Source: Heterodontus francisci
Taxonomy: Eukaryota
Length of the DNA stretch: 64,000 nucleotides
Assembly: GCF_036365525.1 (NCBI RefSeq)
Contig: NC_090397.1
Span: 56,398,091 to 56,462,090, forward strand
Reading direction: 5' to 3'
Shown here: positions 24,250 through 36,930 of the stretch, one piece after another
How positions within the stretch are numbered: position 1 is the first letter of the stretch
Layout: each line of letters opens with the position of its first letter
Notes under the pieces: model-generated
Told to the model about the DNA's origin: nothing
Database searches by the model: none
What the model saw: the letters and a program-made list of their open reading frames with translations, nothing else
Position numbers and translations under genes: made by a program

Positions 24250-25404
24250 TTGTTTTAGTTGTTAAAAACACTCCTTTCATATGATTCAAAAGTAATCAAT
24301 TGGTTCTAAAATGTTTAAGGGAGATCCTGAGGAAATTAAAGATAATCTATAAACACAAGTCTTTCTTTTACAGTTCTGGCCACCCAATTATAGGAAGAAC
24401 AAAAAAAAGCACAGGATAAGACACAGATTCATCAGAATGTTTTCAGGGAAGGAGGTTTACAGTTCTTTCTTTCATTATTACCTTGAAGAATATGAAATTC
24501 AAAGGAATTTTTTTTTTGTTTTTGAAATGTTTGACATTAATTCCAGGACCTGAAGAATTCATTTGATTCTAAATTAAGTAGGCGATAAACAGATTGCATC
24601 ATATGTCACACAGGTTCAAAATATAAACTACTGCTAACTTTCACTCAAAGAAATTTCCATTTCCGTCCATTGGTGTAGTACTAAGCTGAAATTACACCTC
24701 TTACAGCCTCTAGTGCTAGAGTATAAGTATCTTGAGCTGAGCAGATTGCATTTCAGTTCATGTGAGACCAGGCGCTGGAGATTTAGGTCCCGCCGGGGGC
24801 AGGAATAGAGGTAGGCAGATGATGAAAATACAGACGTGCCGGTTTCCCATTGCCATTCCCACTGTCGGCAAGTTTCATCTGGGCAGTGGGAGGCCAGCCC
24901 CAAGAACACACTGATCCGCTAATGAGTGCAATTAAGATTGTTAAAGAGCTCATTGAGAGTTCGTTGAGGGACATGTTGAGATTTTGGTGAGCATACAGGG
25001 GCTGCACGTTGGGTCAGGGCAGATCAGGTGCATGGAGGCGGATACACAGCAGGGAGTCAGTCATGGCCGTCACATCAAATTAGGTAGGCGCATAAAAGGG
25101 AGAATGGCTGAGAGGGGCACTCAGCCTTTTGAACACAGGTGCTACTGGGTCTGTATAGGTTGCACTGGTGCAGCGCAGAGGATTGTCACCTTCCTGGCAT
25201 TATGAGGGCATAAGAGAAGAGGGCAAAGCTTCCAGACACAATTGGGAGATCACCTTGCTCAAAGCAGGCTGCAGCTGGCAATGACTCTCAGATTTCGGTT
25301 CCAGTGGTGACGAGGTGCAACATCCTCTGCAGGAAGGGTGGAGCCCCGGGCATGAGGGGCAGGAAGGCAATGGAGGCCATACCCTCAGCATAGGCTGAAG
25401 ATGG

Positions 25405-25710
25405 GGCGGCACAGTGGTTAGCACTGCAGTCTCACAGCTCCAGCGACCCGGGTTCGGTTCTGGGTACTGCCTGTGTGGAGTTTGCAAGTTCTCCCTGTGA
25501 CTGTGTGGGTTTCCGCCGGGTGCTCCAGTTTCCTCCCACAGCCAAAGACTTGCAGGTTGATAGGTAAATTGGCCATTGTAAATTGCCCCTAGTGTAGGTA
25601 GGTGGTAGGAGAATTGAGGGAAAGTGGAGATGGGGTAGGGAATATGGGATTAATGTAGGATTAGTATAAATGGGTGGTTGAAGGGCCTGTTTCAGTGCTG
25701 TATCTCTCTA
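25405..25710 (+). mobile_element. HE1-type SINE (inside Harbinger nuclease)
   Basis: Same consensus head and tail. Confidence 0.88.
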
Positions 25711-28184
25711 TGACTCTATGGAGCAACCTGGACATGTCAGAGAATCAGTGTTGCAGGAGACTGCACCTATCCAGGCAGATGGTCACTGAGATTTGTGCCC
25801 TCATGGCAGATGACCTCATACCTCGCAGCACTGGTCGCCATATCCTGCCAGTAGCCATCAAAGTCACTGTGGCCATGACCTTCTTCACCTCTGACTCCTT
25901 CCAAGGATCAGCTGCGGACCTTGGTGACATCTTGCACACCACTGCATTCACAGGTCATTGATGCCCTATTTGTGCAAGCTGGACAGTACATTCAATTACA
26001 GATAGACGGGGCCTCACAGACACACAGGGCAGTGGGTTTTGCCTCCATCACTGGATTCCCCCAGGTGCAGGGCATCATCGATTGCATCCATGTGGCCACC
26101 AAGGCAAATATACAAACTGGGTGGTTTTATTTTAATTTAAAAAAGTCAACAGATGAAATTTTTTGACTGTAAAAAAACATGTTTTTATTGTAAATAACAC
26201 CAAGAAATGGAGAGACAAGACCCCAGGACAGGGAGAATTGTCTCAGACTCTCCAAGCTGGCTTAATCAATGAAACAACCGTGCTTAAATATAAAAGTGTT
26301 CCTTCTGTCAAATCAAACCAGCTGGTCAGATTCATCAACAGGAAGTGCCTCCATTCCATCAACAAGAGCTTCCTGTGTGTGCACTTACGTTCCTGACAAC
26401 TGCCATGACTCCTTCATTCTCCGGCAGTCCAGGCTGCCGCAGCTCTTCATTCTACCCCACACACAAACTATGCGGTTGGATTCTAGATGGCTACTCACCC
26501 CTCTACGAGAACCCTAGACAGTGGCACAGAGGTTCTACAACTGAAGCCATCTGCTCACTAGAACCATCATCGAGCAGGCCATCGAGCCTCTGAAGATGCA
26601 GTTCCATTGCCTGGACCAGTCAGGCGGTGCCCTGCAGTACACTCCTGCTAGGGTCTGCTGCACTCTCCATAACATGGCCCTTCAGAGAAGTGTGGATCTT
26701 GAAGAGAGTGATGGGTTAGAAGAACACAGCTCATTGGAGGAAGAAGAGGAGCAGAAGGTGGAAGAGGAGGTGCAGAACACAGAGGTGCCCCTGTTGCACA
26801 GGCAGGTGGTCAGGCCCAACACTGGGCTCGAGGGTTGTCAGGGTGCAATCAATGTCAAGGATCATTTGATTCAGGCTTGTTTCAGCTGAGCCCCTCTAAC
26901 CCAGGAGGAACGGCAATGTATAGAACTCACTATCAACTGCCTGTGCAAACACTTGCATTGAAGATGCAGCCTGTAACAGATCAACTCATACCACCAATGA
27001 AGGATGCACATCTGCCCAGAGGTTTCGCTGTCACTGTGCATGGACTACTTCATCCCTCATTTTTTTTGTCCCGTCATAAATAAAAAGCTCATATGCCTGG
27101 CTTCATGTGTCAATATTTACATGGTGCTCAAAAAGATAAAAAGTGCACTGCTACAATGAAAGAAACCCCAGTGACCCACTCAGTGCTCTGCCCGATGCGA
27201 TGGCCTCCACTCTCAGCCACTTCTAAGCGGTTCTCCCCTTGTGGCCTTGGATGAGGTGGAGGCAGCCTGCTCACTTGTCTCTGCCTGTGGCTGAGATGCA
27301 CATGGCAGTTGTTCTAGTCGTGGAGATGCTAGTGGGAGCACCTCCAGAAGCTGCTGCACCAGTGTCATTACAGGGGCAGTCTCACTGGGCCCTGCTGCAC
27401 AGATGCTGCCTCCATCAGAGAGCCTAAGGAGGCTGCCGATGATGATGGCGCCCCTGAGGGGCGGCACCCTCATCCTCCACAGTGACTGCCTCAGCCCTTG
27501 GATGGCGCTCTGGATGGCTTGGGGGGAGCACCAGCTGTGGCTCAACTGCCATCCCCTCCAAACATCTCTGCGCCATCAGCACCACTGACCATTCAAGGCT
27601 ACATAGTGTGGCATTTATCCTTTGAACACAGTGCCCAGTTCCTACATGCACTCCGTGTGCAGTGCATAAGGCTGTCCATGAGGTTCGCCACTCTCTCTAT
27701 GAAGGAGCTCATGCGCTCAAAGCCCTGAGCCACGGTAGCACACCTGAGTTGAATGGACTCCTCCATTCTCAGCCCATGACCACGTACTACCTCAGCGGGC
27801 TCTGGCATGTGGGAGCACATCTCTTGCTGTTGATTTAAGTAGAGTCTCTTTTCCTGAGACTCCCAAGACCCTGCATCTGTGCCAGGCTGAGCAGGGTTGT
27901 GACAATCCTCTGAGGGAGGATTGCCCACACCTGCCTCTGCCTCTATCATCTCTTCCTGCACACTGGTGACATGTTCATCACCCAGTGCCACCCTAACTAT
28001 GCGCACGCGAGGACCAACTGAGGTGACTAAATCTGAACTGGTGGAGGGTGCGCTTATAAGGTGTGATGGTGCTTGCTCTGAGGTCTGCTCTGGCAGTGTC
28101 TGGCCCAGTGATGGTGCTGGAATCAGTCTTTGTGCTTTGACATCAGAACCTGTGAGAAACTCAGGAAGAGATCATGAAAATCAT

Positions 28185-28528
28185 GGGCGGCACAGTGGTG
28201 CAGTGGTTAGCACCGCAGCCTCACAGCACCAGCGACCCAGGTTCAATTCTGGGTACTGCCTGTGCGGAGTTTGCAAGTTCTCCCTGTGACCGCGTGGGTT
28301 TTCGCCGGGTGCTCCGGTTTCCTCCCACAGCCAAAGACTTGCAGGTTGATAGGTAAATTGGCCATTGCAAATTGCCCCTAGTTTAGGTAGGTGGTAGGGG
28401 AATATAGGGAAGGTGGGGACATGGTAGGAATATGGGATTAGTGTAGGATTAGTATAAATGGGTGGTTGATGGTCGGCACAGATTCGGTGGGCCGAAGGGC
28501 CTGTTTCAGTGCTGTATCTCTAAATAAA
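28185..28528 (+). mobile_element. HE1-type SINE
   Basis: Same consensus. Confidence 0.88.
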
Positions 28529-30279
28529 CACTGCAGTGCTGAGGCTTCTCAATGCAGCTTCATCTTCGGCATGCTGTCTATGGGGTGGAATGGAATGCAC
28601 CCCTTTAATCTACACATTTCAGTTTCTGTTCATCCTCTCCACCAGGGATGCCCATCTTGCTTTCCCTGACTTGCTCATGGTCAGTGACCCTGGTGATCTC
28701 CATGGATTCCTCATCCACGGCTCATATTCCTAAGAAGCTGCATTAATCAGTGTTGGCAAGTCCTCAACAGCACTATAACTCTTGCTGAGGAGTCAGTAAG
28801 TGCCCCGGGCACACACTTCTCCCATGTTCAGGAGCAGCATGCACCCTAAGGCACCTCAGCTGGAGTGTCTGCTGGAGTTGAATACCCAGAGGTCTATCCT
28901 GAGGGTCTGGTGTTGCTCTCACCTTGTCACAGCAAATAAGGTAATTGAACCTCTCCCTGCATTAGACTCAGTTCCTCTGCATCACCTCCATCACTTCAAT
29001 CCAGGTCTGGTTTGGGAGGATAGGCTTCTCTGCCTCTGGAAAGAGGACCTCCCTCCTCTCCCTCGCTTCCTTGAGGAGGATCTCCAGGTCAGCATCAGCA
29101 AAGCAAGGGCAAACCTCTCCCAGGTTCCTGCTCCATGTATAATACTGCAAGTAAATCTCTAAAACGACAGCCACAGTAATGGCTGCCGTGGTGGGTTTAA
29201 ATCGGGCCTGATCTCCTTCAGTCCATTTCCACCCACATGGCCACTAATTGGCCGCTCAACCCACCCTCCAGCCAATTAACAGTCCACCCCCGTGAAGGTA
29301 TTCGTATTACATAGAAGTTTGATATTAAAGCTTAGGACCTCACCAACAGAACAATTCATAAGAAAAACAGTTAGAAAGAAAAATTTATGAAATAAAAATG
29401 GAAATGAAAATCCACTATAAAACAAAAATGCTGGTACGACATGTCAACTCTGTAAAGAGGACTGATGGAGTCTTTAAGTGTGGTGACACTTGACAATTAC
29501 AAGCAAAAAATAAATAAAAGCAGCCATGTAAGCCCTTACCAAATAAAAAATACGGTTGCATAAATCAGAGGTTCTTCTGGAAAACACCCAGTGTAAGTTC
29601 AGCATGCAAACTTGGCTGCAACCTTGATACACAGGGTCTGACATGAGGATCATATGAGGATGGATCCTTTTCCACCTTGATGAGGTCTGGACCTGGGACT
29701 ACCTGGGTCAGGTCCCAGCATAGTTTTCACCAAGCACACCTAACCAAAACTGGCAGAAGTGGAGCTCACCTGGACTCCGAAAGAGATGAGAAGAATCATC
29801 TTTCCTAAAGCTCCTTGATACACCCCACTGCACTGGCTGTCCAGTATTTCATGTTCAACAAGGGGAATGCCCCATACCTATGAAGGCTCGCTACTTAAGG
29901 CCTCTTCCCCTGCCCCTACAAACTTCGTCAGGATCAACTGCAGAGATTCATGCCACGCTAAATCCCAGTGTAACTGTCTAGATTGCGCCACCATGGATTT
30001 TCAAAACCACATTTTTACTTTGAAAATACTTTGAGATTAATCTTGGTTCCTCACCCAGCAGACTGCATTTGAGCTTTTCAAATTAAAAAAAATAAGTTCA
30101 GAGGTCTTCACACTAGTTACAATCATACCACAACTTGTATAGAGTCCAAATAGGGTGAAAATACTCCTCAAAGTACCGAAAGTCAGATCAATTTCAGATT
30201 GATAATTCAAATAAGAATTATATGGAGCTTCATGCATTGATGCAATAAAAAAATTGCATCACAACAATACAGAAACTAT

Positions 30280-30938
30280 GGCTGGAATTTTTCGTTGGGC
30301 GGGAGGCCCCCTCCACTGGCCAAAAAGTCAGTGGTGAGCCTGGCTCTGCCAGGTCTGGGGAGCCATGCCGGGAATTTTCACGCCCAGGCCCTTAATTGGT
30401 CTTGGTGGGACTTCTACCACCTTGAGGCAGGATGTCCTGCCTAATGGAGCTGCCGGCCAAACATCGGGCCGGCAACTCTTAGTCCCTGCAGCGCCAATGG
30501 GAGTGGTGGCCATTGCTGGAACTACACCCAGCCATTGGAAGGAAGATGAAGGCGGCCCTGGAACGAAGGTCAGTTTTTAGGGCCTCACCAGGGGCAATCG
30601 TTTGAGCCCCAGTGAGGCAAGAGGGGGTCAGTTAGGGGGCTGAGTGGAGTGTTGTGCATTGGGGGCAAATGGGGCTTCGGGGGCAGCTCTCCATGGGGCA
30701 CAGGTGGGCTTTTTGAGGCCTCAGCTGCCCACCAGCCAGGGTAAAATACCCATGGCAGCAGGCGGACGTCCTTAAGTGCCAGTTAATTGGCCATTTAATG
30801 GCCTTGATTGGCCTGGGGTTGGCGGGCCGTTTCTTGCCACACTGGCCCGCGTAAAACCCCCCCCCACCTACCTCCCACTCAATTTTATGTCCGCCCCCAT
30901 CACCAACCTGCTCATTTGGGGAGCGTAAAATTCCGGCC
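30280..30938. mobile_element. Harbinger-type MITE
   Basis: TIR GGCTGGAATTTT / AAAATTCCGGCC with 3-bp TSD TAT. Confidence 0.8.
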
Positions 30939-31134
30939 TATGGATGATGAGCCATTCTTTAATAGTCCATTGATGGAGACAGGAAGGAGGATGGAGCTGG
31001 GAAATAATTGCTGTAAGAAGTCTGTTTGCATAATAAGGCTGAAATGTATCGAATTTGAAATGTACTGAATTTGAGTTTTGGGGACCGTCTGCATAATCCA
31101 TAGATATGGTGATTTTGCAATTCATATTTTACAG

Positions 31135-31242
31135 ATCGTGATGGACATCTCTGGATACCATTACTCATTTTACTTTCCATATGTGGCGGAACAGCTTGTA
31201 TTATTCCTCTTGCGCTCTTCCTTCTCATAAAATGCACATGTG
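31135..31242 (+). CDS. Exon: transmembrane segment (gene A)
   Basis: ttttacag|AT ... G|gtaagt, 108 nt, phase 1-1; DRDGHLWIPLLILLSICGGTACIIPLALFLLIKCTC, an uncharged hydrophobic helix. Confidence 0.85.
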
Positions 31243-32577
31243 GTAAGTGGCTTCCCAGCAAACTTAATAGTTCATTCCATGAGGAACAAAGTCTGTTTTC
31301 AAACTCTTATAATGACCCTGAGCCATAATCCTTCCTCCTCCTTCCCCGGAACCAGGTATCTACCAACTCCCCTCTAGGCTTAAGTGTTTACCTTCACTGA
31401 TTTGACTGTTACTGATATAAGTTATTATCTCAAGTACCAATAAAAAGCTCAAAGTTATACATCTCCCTAGCTTAGCACATCTCCATATTCTGCACAAACT
31501 ACCTTTCTACAATCACCTTATTGATTCTCTTTACTTGTTCAACTTCTTGGAATGTGCCATTTCCTCAACTGTTTTCTTCCCCAAAGAACAGATTTAGTCT
31601 ATAAACTCTCTTCATAAATTGATCTAATACCTGAATCTGTTTTTGATTCCCCCTTTGGGAATCCTGGCCAATACCTCTAATTACTGTTTCCATGGCCGGG
31701 TGCAATGTCCCAGTGCGAGGCCTCAGCACTGATTCATCCAGCATCCAGGAATGTGTAGCTACCTGGCATGTAAAAGACTGCAGTACTTTTTAAAAATCTT
31801 TTTGTTGTATTCCATATTCAGTATTTATCAGATAGTGAGATGGACTGAGAGATGGATTTCATTTCTCCAGTTTAGCTACATTTATTTGCTCATGAGCTGC
31901 TTTCAATTTGAACAATAATAGACCACATTACAGATTATGTATACAATAGTCATCATCATCACCTGACAATGCTCTAAATATTAGACTTCAAAGAGTTAAA
32001 AATACTCACTGACTAGAATTATATTTTCACTTGATATGAAAGGAATATACTTATAAATAAGTTAATTTCTCATGATGTAAGGGGAGTCTATACTGGCCGT
32101 GCATAAACACCATTACATCAAAGGTATGACATGATTAAATTTATAATATCTGATCCTAAGAGTACAGCTGCCAGCTGTGATCCTACTTTGGGCTTGGAGA
32201 AAACCATGCCATATCACAAAGTCTTCATTAGCAGCACATATATTTAGTGCTTTAGTTAGTATACATCAAATGGCTAACAGACATCAGCTCCTTTCTTTGC
32301 ATACTAATGAATATCCTATATTAAGAGGAGCTCATTTACTTGGTTAGCATGACCATCACAATAATATTTAAATAACGCTCACAGTCACCTATTTCAACCC
32401 AGGTCAATATCTTCACTTAGTAACCCCTTTGCATTGGGTGAACTCTCTGGATTAAAATGTACATTCCCTTTGATGCTCCTGCTGCTAGTGGTTTAGGAGC
32501 TCCCTGTCTGGGCAAGTTGCAAGTCTGCTGAAGTTCACAGGCATGTAACACAACCGGGACGACATCCTACGGTAATA

Positions 32578-32785
32578 TAAAAGCAAAGTACTGCGGATGC
32601 TGGAAATCTGAAATAAAAACAAGAAATGCTGGAAATACTCAGCAGGTCTGGCAGCATCTGTGGAAAGAGAAGCAGAGGTAACGGAGTTCCGAACAAGGGT
32701 CACTGACCCGAAATGTTAACTCTGCTTCTCTTTCCACAGATGCTGCCAGACCTGCTGAGTATTTCCAGCATTTCTTGTTTTTATT
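32578..32785. repeat. Short palindromic Penelope-terminus repeat
   Basis: AATAAAAACAAGAAATGCTGGAAATACTCAGCAGGTCTGGCAGCATCTGTGGAAAGAGAAGCAGAG followed by its reverse complement. Confidence 0.8.
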
Positions 32786-33050
32786 ATCGACATCTTACGG
32801 TATTGCAGTTGCTCACATTATCCCCCTGCCATCATGTTCCAGCTGCTTGCAGCGATGAGGAACTCTCTAGCTGGTCAGGAAGTGAGCTACCAAATAGAGT
32901 CCAAAGGTAAACATTTTTAATAAGCCGTTTTTCCATAATTTCTTTCACAAACACCAGCAGGCCTAACTTCTTTCGCCTAGCCCATTCATTGATATTAACA
33001 ACCTGCTAACCTGGATAGGTATTAACTGCTCTTTCTTAATAAAATACTAG

Positions 33051-33687
33051 GGGCTGGATTTTACCAGCCATCTGGAGATGAGCTGGGAGGCACAGGATAT
33101 TATCAATGATGGCAACAGTAGCAGCGCGGCCGCCCACCAACTGGAGGCCGGTGGCCAATTAGCAGCCACTTCCCACACCCGTCTGCATTTTACTGGTATT
33201 GGGAGGGGCCGCTGGTGCGTGGGGAGACTGCGGGATCCCTGGGGGAGGGGCCTTCTTTTATAGCCGCTCCATTGGCAACAGAAGAGCGCCCCCCCCCCCC
33301 CCCCCGCGGCAATGGCAGCCCCTACAGCTCCACTGCCGGAGGGTGTATCCCTACCATCGCCGAGGCATGCGCCTGGCCCCAGTACAGTGAGAAAAAACCT
33401 TAGTCAGCCTTTGAGGGCACCTCAAGGTGGAAGTGCCCTCTTTTTCCTGCAGCCTCAGCAGCGGTCATCTCTATCGGCGGCGTTGCCATGGCTGCCGATC
33501 CACTGATTGAGCCAGCAGCTCTGAGAGATGGACTGCCATCCTCAATTGGATGGCATCCTGGCGGTGGCCAATTAAGAGGCCGCTGCTGGTAAAATGCTGC
33601 CTTGGGTTCGATCATTTATCTGCACGGCTTGGGTCCTGCCCTTGGTCCCACTGGCGGGGCAACTTGCCTTTTGATAAAATTCCGGCC
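33051..33687. mobile_element. Harbinger-type MITE
   Basis: GGGCTGGATTTTA ... TAAAATTCCGGCC termini; GC-rich island in AT-rich intron. Confidence 0.65.
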
Positions 33688-34082
33688 TCTGTTTCAAATC
33701 TCACATCTCAACGATGGTGTTTAGTTTAACTCAGACTTTCAGAAGTCTCATTCCCTGTTACCTACTTCAATATTACTTTAATTAAATTTGAAGTGTTTCA
33801 GGGTTAATTGGTTCATTGGGCTAGCAATGGTCCTTAGCTGATAATTCAAAAGGTATTTCCCATTTGTGTTTAAGTCATTCTGTTACAAAGCACAAGTATT
33901 TGTTTGCACAGTTCCTTTCTTCTCACATTGGCCTTTGTTCTTGTAGTTTGTAACTAACTTTAAGTAATGATATTAAGTAAATATCAGATGATATAAAATA
34001 TATTATACATCATTGTGGGTCGCTGCACTACAACACATTTTACTACAATACATTATTGTCTCTCACTTGTTATTTTATATAG

Positions 34083-34156
34083 AAAAAAAGGGAACTCAAG
34101 AACGAAAAGGAACTCAAGCTAGTAATCGAAGATTGCACCGTAGGCAAGATAACATG
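34083..34156 (+). CDS. Exon: basic juxtamembrane cytoplasmic segment (gene A)
   Basis: tattttatatag|AA ... ATG|gtaaat, 74 nt, phase 1 to 0, the phase change needed between the TM and ITIM exons; EKKGTQERKGTQASNRRLHRRQDNM. Confidence 0.75.
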
Positions 34157-35197
34157 GTAAATGTAAATTAATGTTTCAAGTGTGAATATGTAACTCAGCG
34201 GCCTAACATCTGTTACTAGTTCAAAGCATGTGTCTGGCCTGCCCCTATTCAGGATTCTTTGGTGGCCAACAACCAAAGTTCTTTAATAAAAGCCCTTTAG
34301 TAAAAGCCACACCAGGCAAAGCAGACTGACCTGGTGTGAGAGGATATGGGCAGCCACATTATCAATGAGTTCAACTTTATGAAAGGTGGAAGATGGAAGC
34401 CTGGCCAGGAAAGTATTGCAATAGTCAAGTCTAGAGGTTTCAGCAGGTTACTAGAAGGGACTGACACCAGGGGTTTGCCAGCAGGAGCTGACACTGAAAG
34501 GATACATGGTGCTCTTGGGTTTGTTTACCAACAGGTTCTGACACAGGGAGGTTATACAGTGCTGTGATGGTCTGTAAAAGTCAACTAGAAAATGATAGAA
34601 TAATGTAGGTAAAAACAAATGAATCATATTCAGATGTGTTCTAGAACATTTCTAATCACAGATCCTTGCAATGGCTGAGGAATTTGGAGTTGAAGCTGTA
34701 CAATAAGACAAAACTCAGATCATTTTGATGGAACTAATTTAAGTTTTTATTTATTTATTCGTTTTCATGGGATGTGGGCGTCGCTGGCTAGGCCAGCATT
34801 TATTGCCAATCCCGAATTGCCCATGCGAAGGTAGTGGTGAGCTGCCTTCTTGAACTGCTGCAGTCCATGTGAGGTAGGTACACCCACAGTGCTGTTAGGA
34901 AGGGAGTTCCAGGATTTTGACCCAGCGACAGTGAATATATCAAAACATTAAAAAAATTTACAAATCAAAATCACTGCATTGTCTGCTTGGCTCAGTTGAA
35001 GAATTCTCTCATCGCAAACGGTTTTTCATTTATTGAGAAATCCAGGTGAAGTTGAAAAAAGAGAAAAAGTGAAATGAGTCGTAATCAAACCGTGCCAAGT
35101 TTAGGTTTTAAAAGTTGCAGATTGGATGGGGAAAGCAGGCTGAGGAAGGCAAGAACAGAAAAAGTCAATACATTTGTTTGTCTTTCTCATTTTGCAG

Positions 35198-35305
35198 GAT
35201 GACAGCAATGGGAATAATATCTGCTACACAGAACTGCAATTGGGAAACTTGCAGAAAGTAAGAAAAAAGGAAGAGGAGGTTGTCTATAGTGCAGTGCTTT
35301 GCTGA
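35198..35305 (+). CDS. Terminal exon with two ITIMs (gene A)
   Basis: Strong acceptor tctttctcattttgcag|, phase 0; DDSNGNNICYTELQLGNLQKVRKKEEEVVYSAVLC*. ICYTEL and VVYSAV both fit [ILVS]xYxx[LV]. Confidence 0.85.
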   Translation, partial: DDSNGNNICYTELQLGNLQKVRKKEEEVVYSAVLC

Positions 35306-35607
35306 AAGGCTGGTGGATAGGACACCTGGCAAATACTGACACAGATCATTACAATTAAACAAGAACATTCCGGAAAAGAATCTTGGATCAAACGGCTGCA
35401 TCCAAATGCTTCTTTGGGATCATTCTCACATAGTTTTCTCATTTACATTATCTTGTACTTGATCGGATAGTTGTGTGGCATATTTGTACATTAATGTATA
35501 TGTGCCTTTGTGCTCTGTTTGTGTGATTGTACTTGTTTGTATCAAGTCTCTCGCCTATATATGTGTACATGCTGTTTTTGTGCTCTATTTCCATTTGTGC
35601 TGTATAT

Positions 35608-36617
35608 TGTTATGACAGGGTGAGGAAGGGGTCTCAGGTACCCCTCTTGCCCCTTTCCTGGTTTGGCCGTAACAGGGTTTATCTTTTAAAACAGTGATTT
35701 TTTTTAGCTTCCCACCTGAGTGAGCCTTTGTTCACTGCACTCTAATTGTAATTGCAAATGAGACAATCAGACAGATTTTCTTGGGTTTAAACAAGAAAGA
35801 TGCAAGTTTATTAACCTTATCACGCTAACCTCGTTAAAATTACTAAAATACGTGACACAACCACGCTCGCATGCATACGAGAAACACACACACATAAATA
35901 GATACAGAAGGGAAGAAAGAATTGCAGTGGTGGTGGGGGGGGTGGGGGGTTGAAGTAGAGTTTGTAATAAATAATAAATGGAATACAGGTACTGTCTTTT
36001 GTCTTTGATGTAATGTTCTTGATTGAAGTTGAGGTCTTGGAGTTCTTGCTGGGGCCCAGTGCACAATTTCAGACTTGCTTCTCTGGCACCATATGCTTTG
36101 TCTGTAATCTTGCAGTTTACACTGCCACCATGGGTTTTCTGGGACTTTGCTGGAGAGAAAAAGAGAGAGAGAGAGAGGGACTTTTCCTTCTGCCAATCCA
36201 GTTGCAGTCTTTCTCCTTTCTGTGGCACAATTCAAAAAGCCCCCAGTCTTACCAGCAGGTAGGTCGTGTGACCATTTCTTTGTTTGAAACAACAACTTCT
36301 GGGAGGTTTGTTGGATTTCAGAGCCTCACAGATATACTCGGTGGGGGGGTGAAGTTTTGTCTCTTACAAAGTCAAAAGCTGTTGGTGTCTTTGGATCATC
36401 ACTATTGTCTAGACCAATCTTGTTAATTGAATCAAGGAGCACCCCCACTGTTTCTCCATTCATGTCTCTCAGAATGCAAATGTGCAACCAGGTTTTCAGC
36501 CGCTCAGTTCTGTTTTTTTAAACAAGTTCTTTGCAATGTCCGGTAAACAAGTTTCAGGTAGTATCCCATATGACAAAATTAATATGTTTCCATTTGGCAG
36601 GTGTGACTTCCATCACA
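35608..36617. mobile_element. Solo LTR
   Basis: TGTTATG...CATCACA termini with 4-bp TSD ATAT (35604-35607, 36618-36621); patchy similarity to the 12004/16077 LTR. Confidence 0.82.
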
Positions 36618-36930
36618 ATATGTATGTACCTGCTCTGTCTAACTATGTTTTCCTACTATGTATGTAGTTGATATATATGTGTACTTGCATGCCTTCCTGT
36701 TCTGTATGTGATGTGCATATTTGTGCACTGTGTGTGTTTATGTGCATGCACAATGTTTATGCTTAGATTTTAGTCAGTTTGTATACAGCTATTTTGCAAA
36801 TATAAAAAATATTTAAATTCTACAACTAAAATTTAATGTAAATTATTATGTAACAGACTTTGGCAGGATATTTCATTGGTTGTAAAGTAATCTGGGACCT
36901 TCTGAGGCACGAAAGGTGCGATACAAAATT

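Larger units (their letters stand above)
24771..29290 (+). mobile_element. Decayed Harbinger element (nuclease on +, Myb/SANT-like on -), with two SINE insertions
   Basis: CCRRLHLSRQMV.EIC...LPVAIKVTVAMTFF, GFPQVQGIIDCIHVA, CHDSFILRQS, CCTLHNMAL on +; FADADLEILLKEARERREVLF...WIEV on - (28968-29174). Confidence 0.8.

Noticed and set aside
31135-31242. Gene A as a canonical activating NKp30 ortholog
   Set aside because: TM has no charged residue; the gene has a C1 domain and ITIMs. No symbol assigned.
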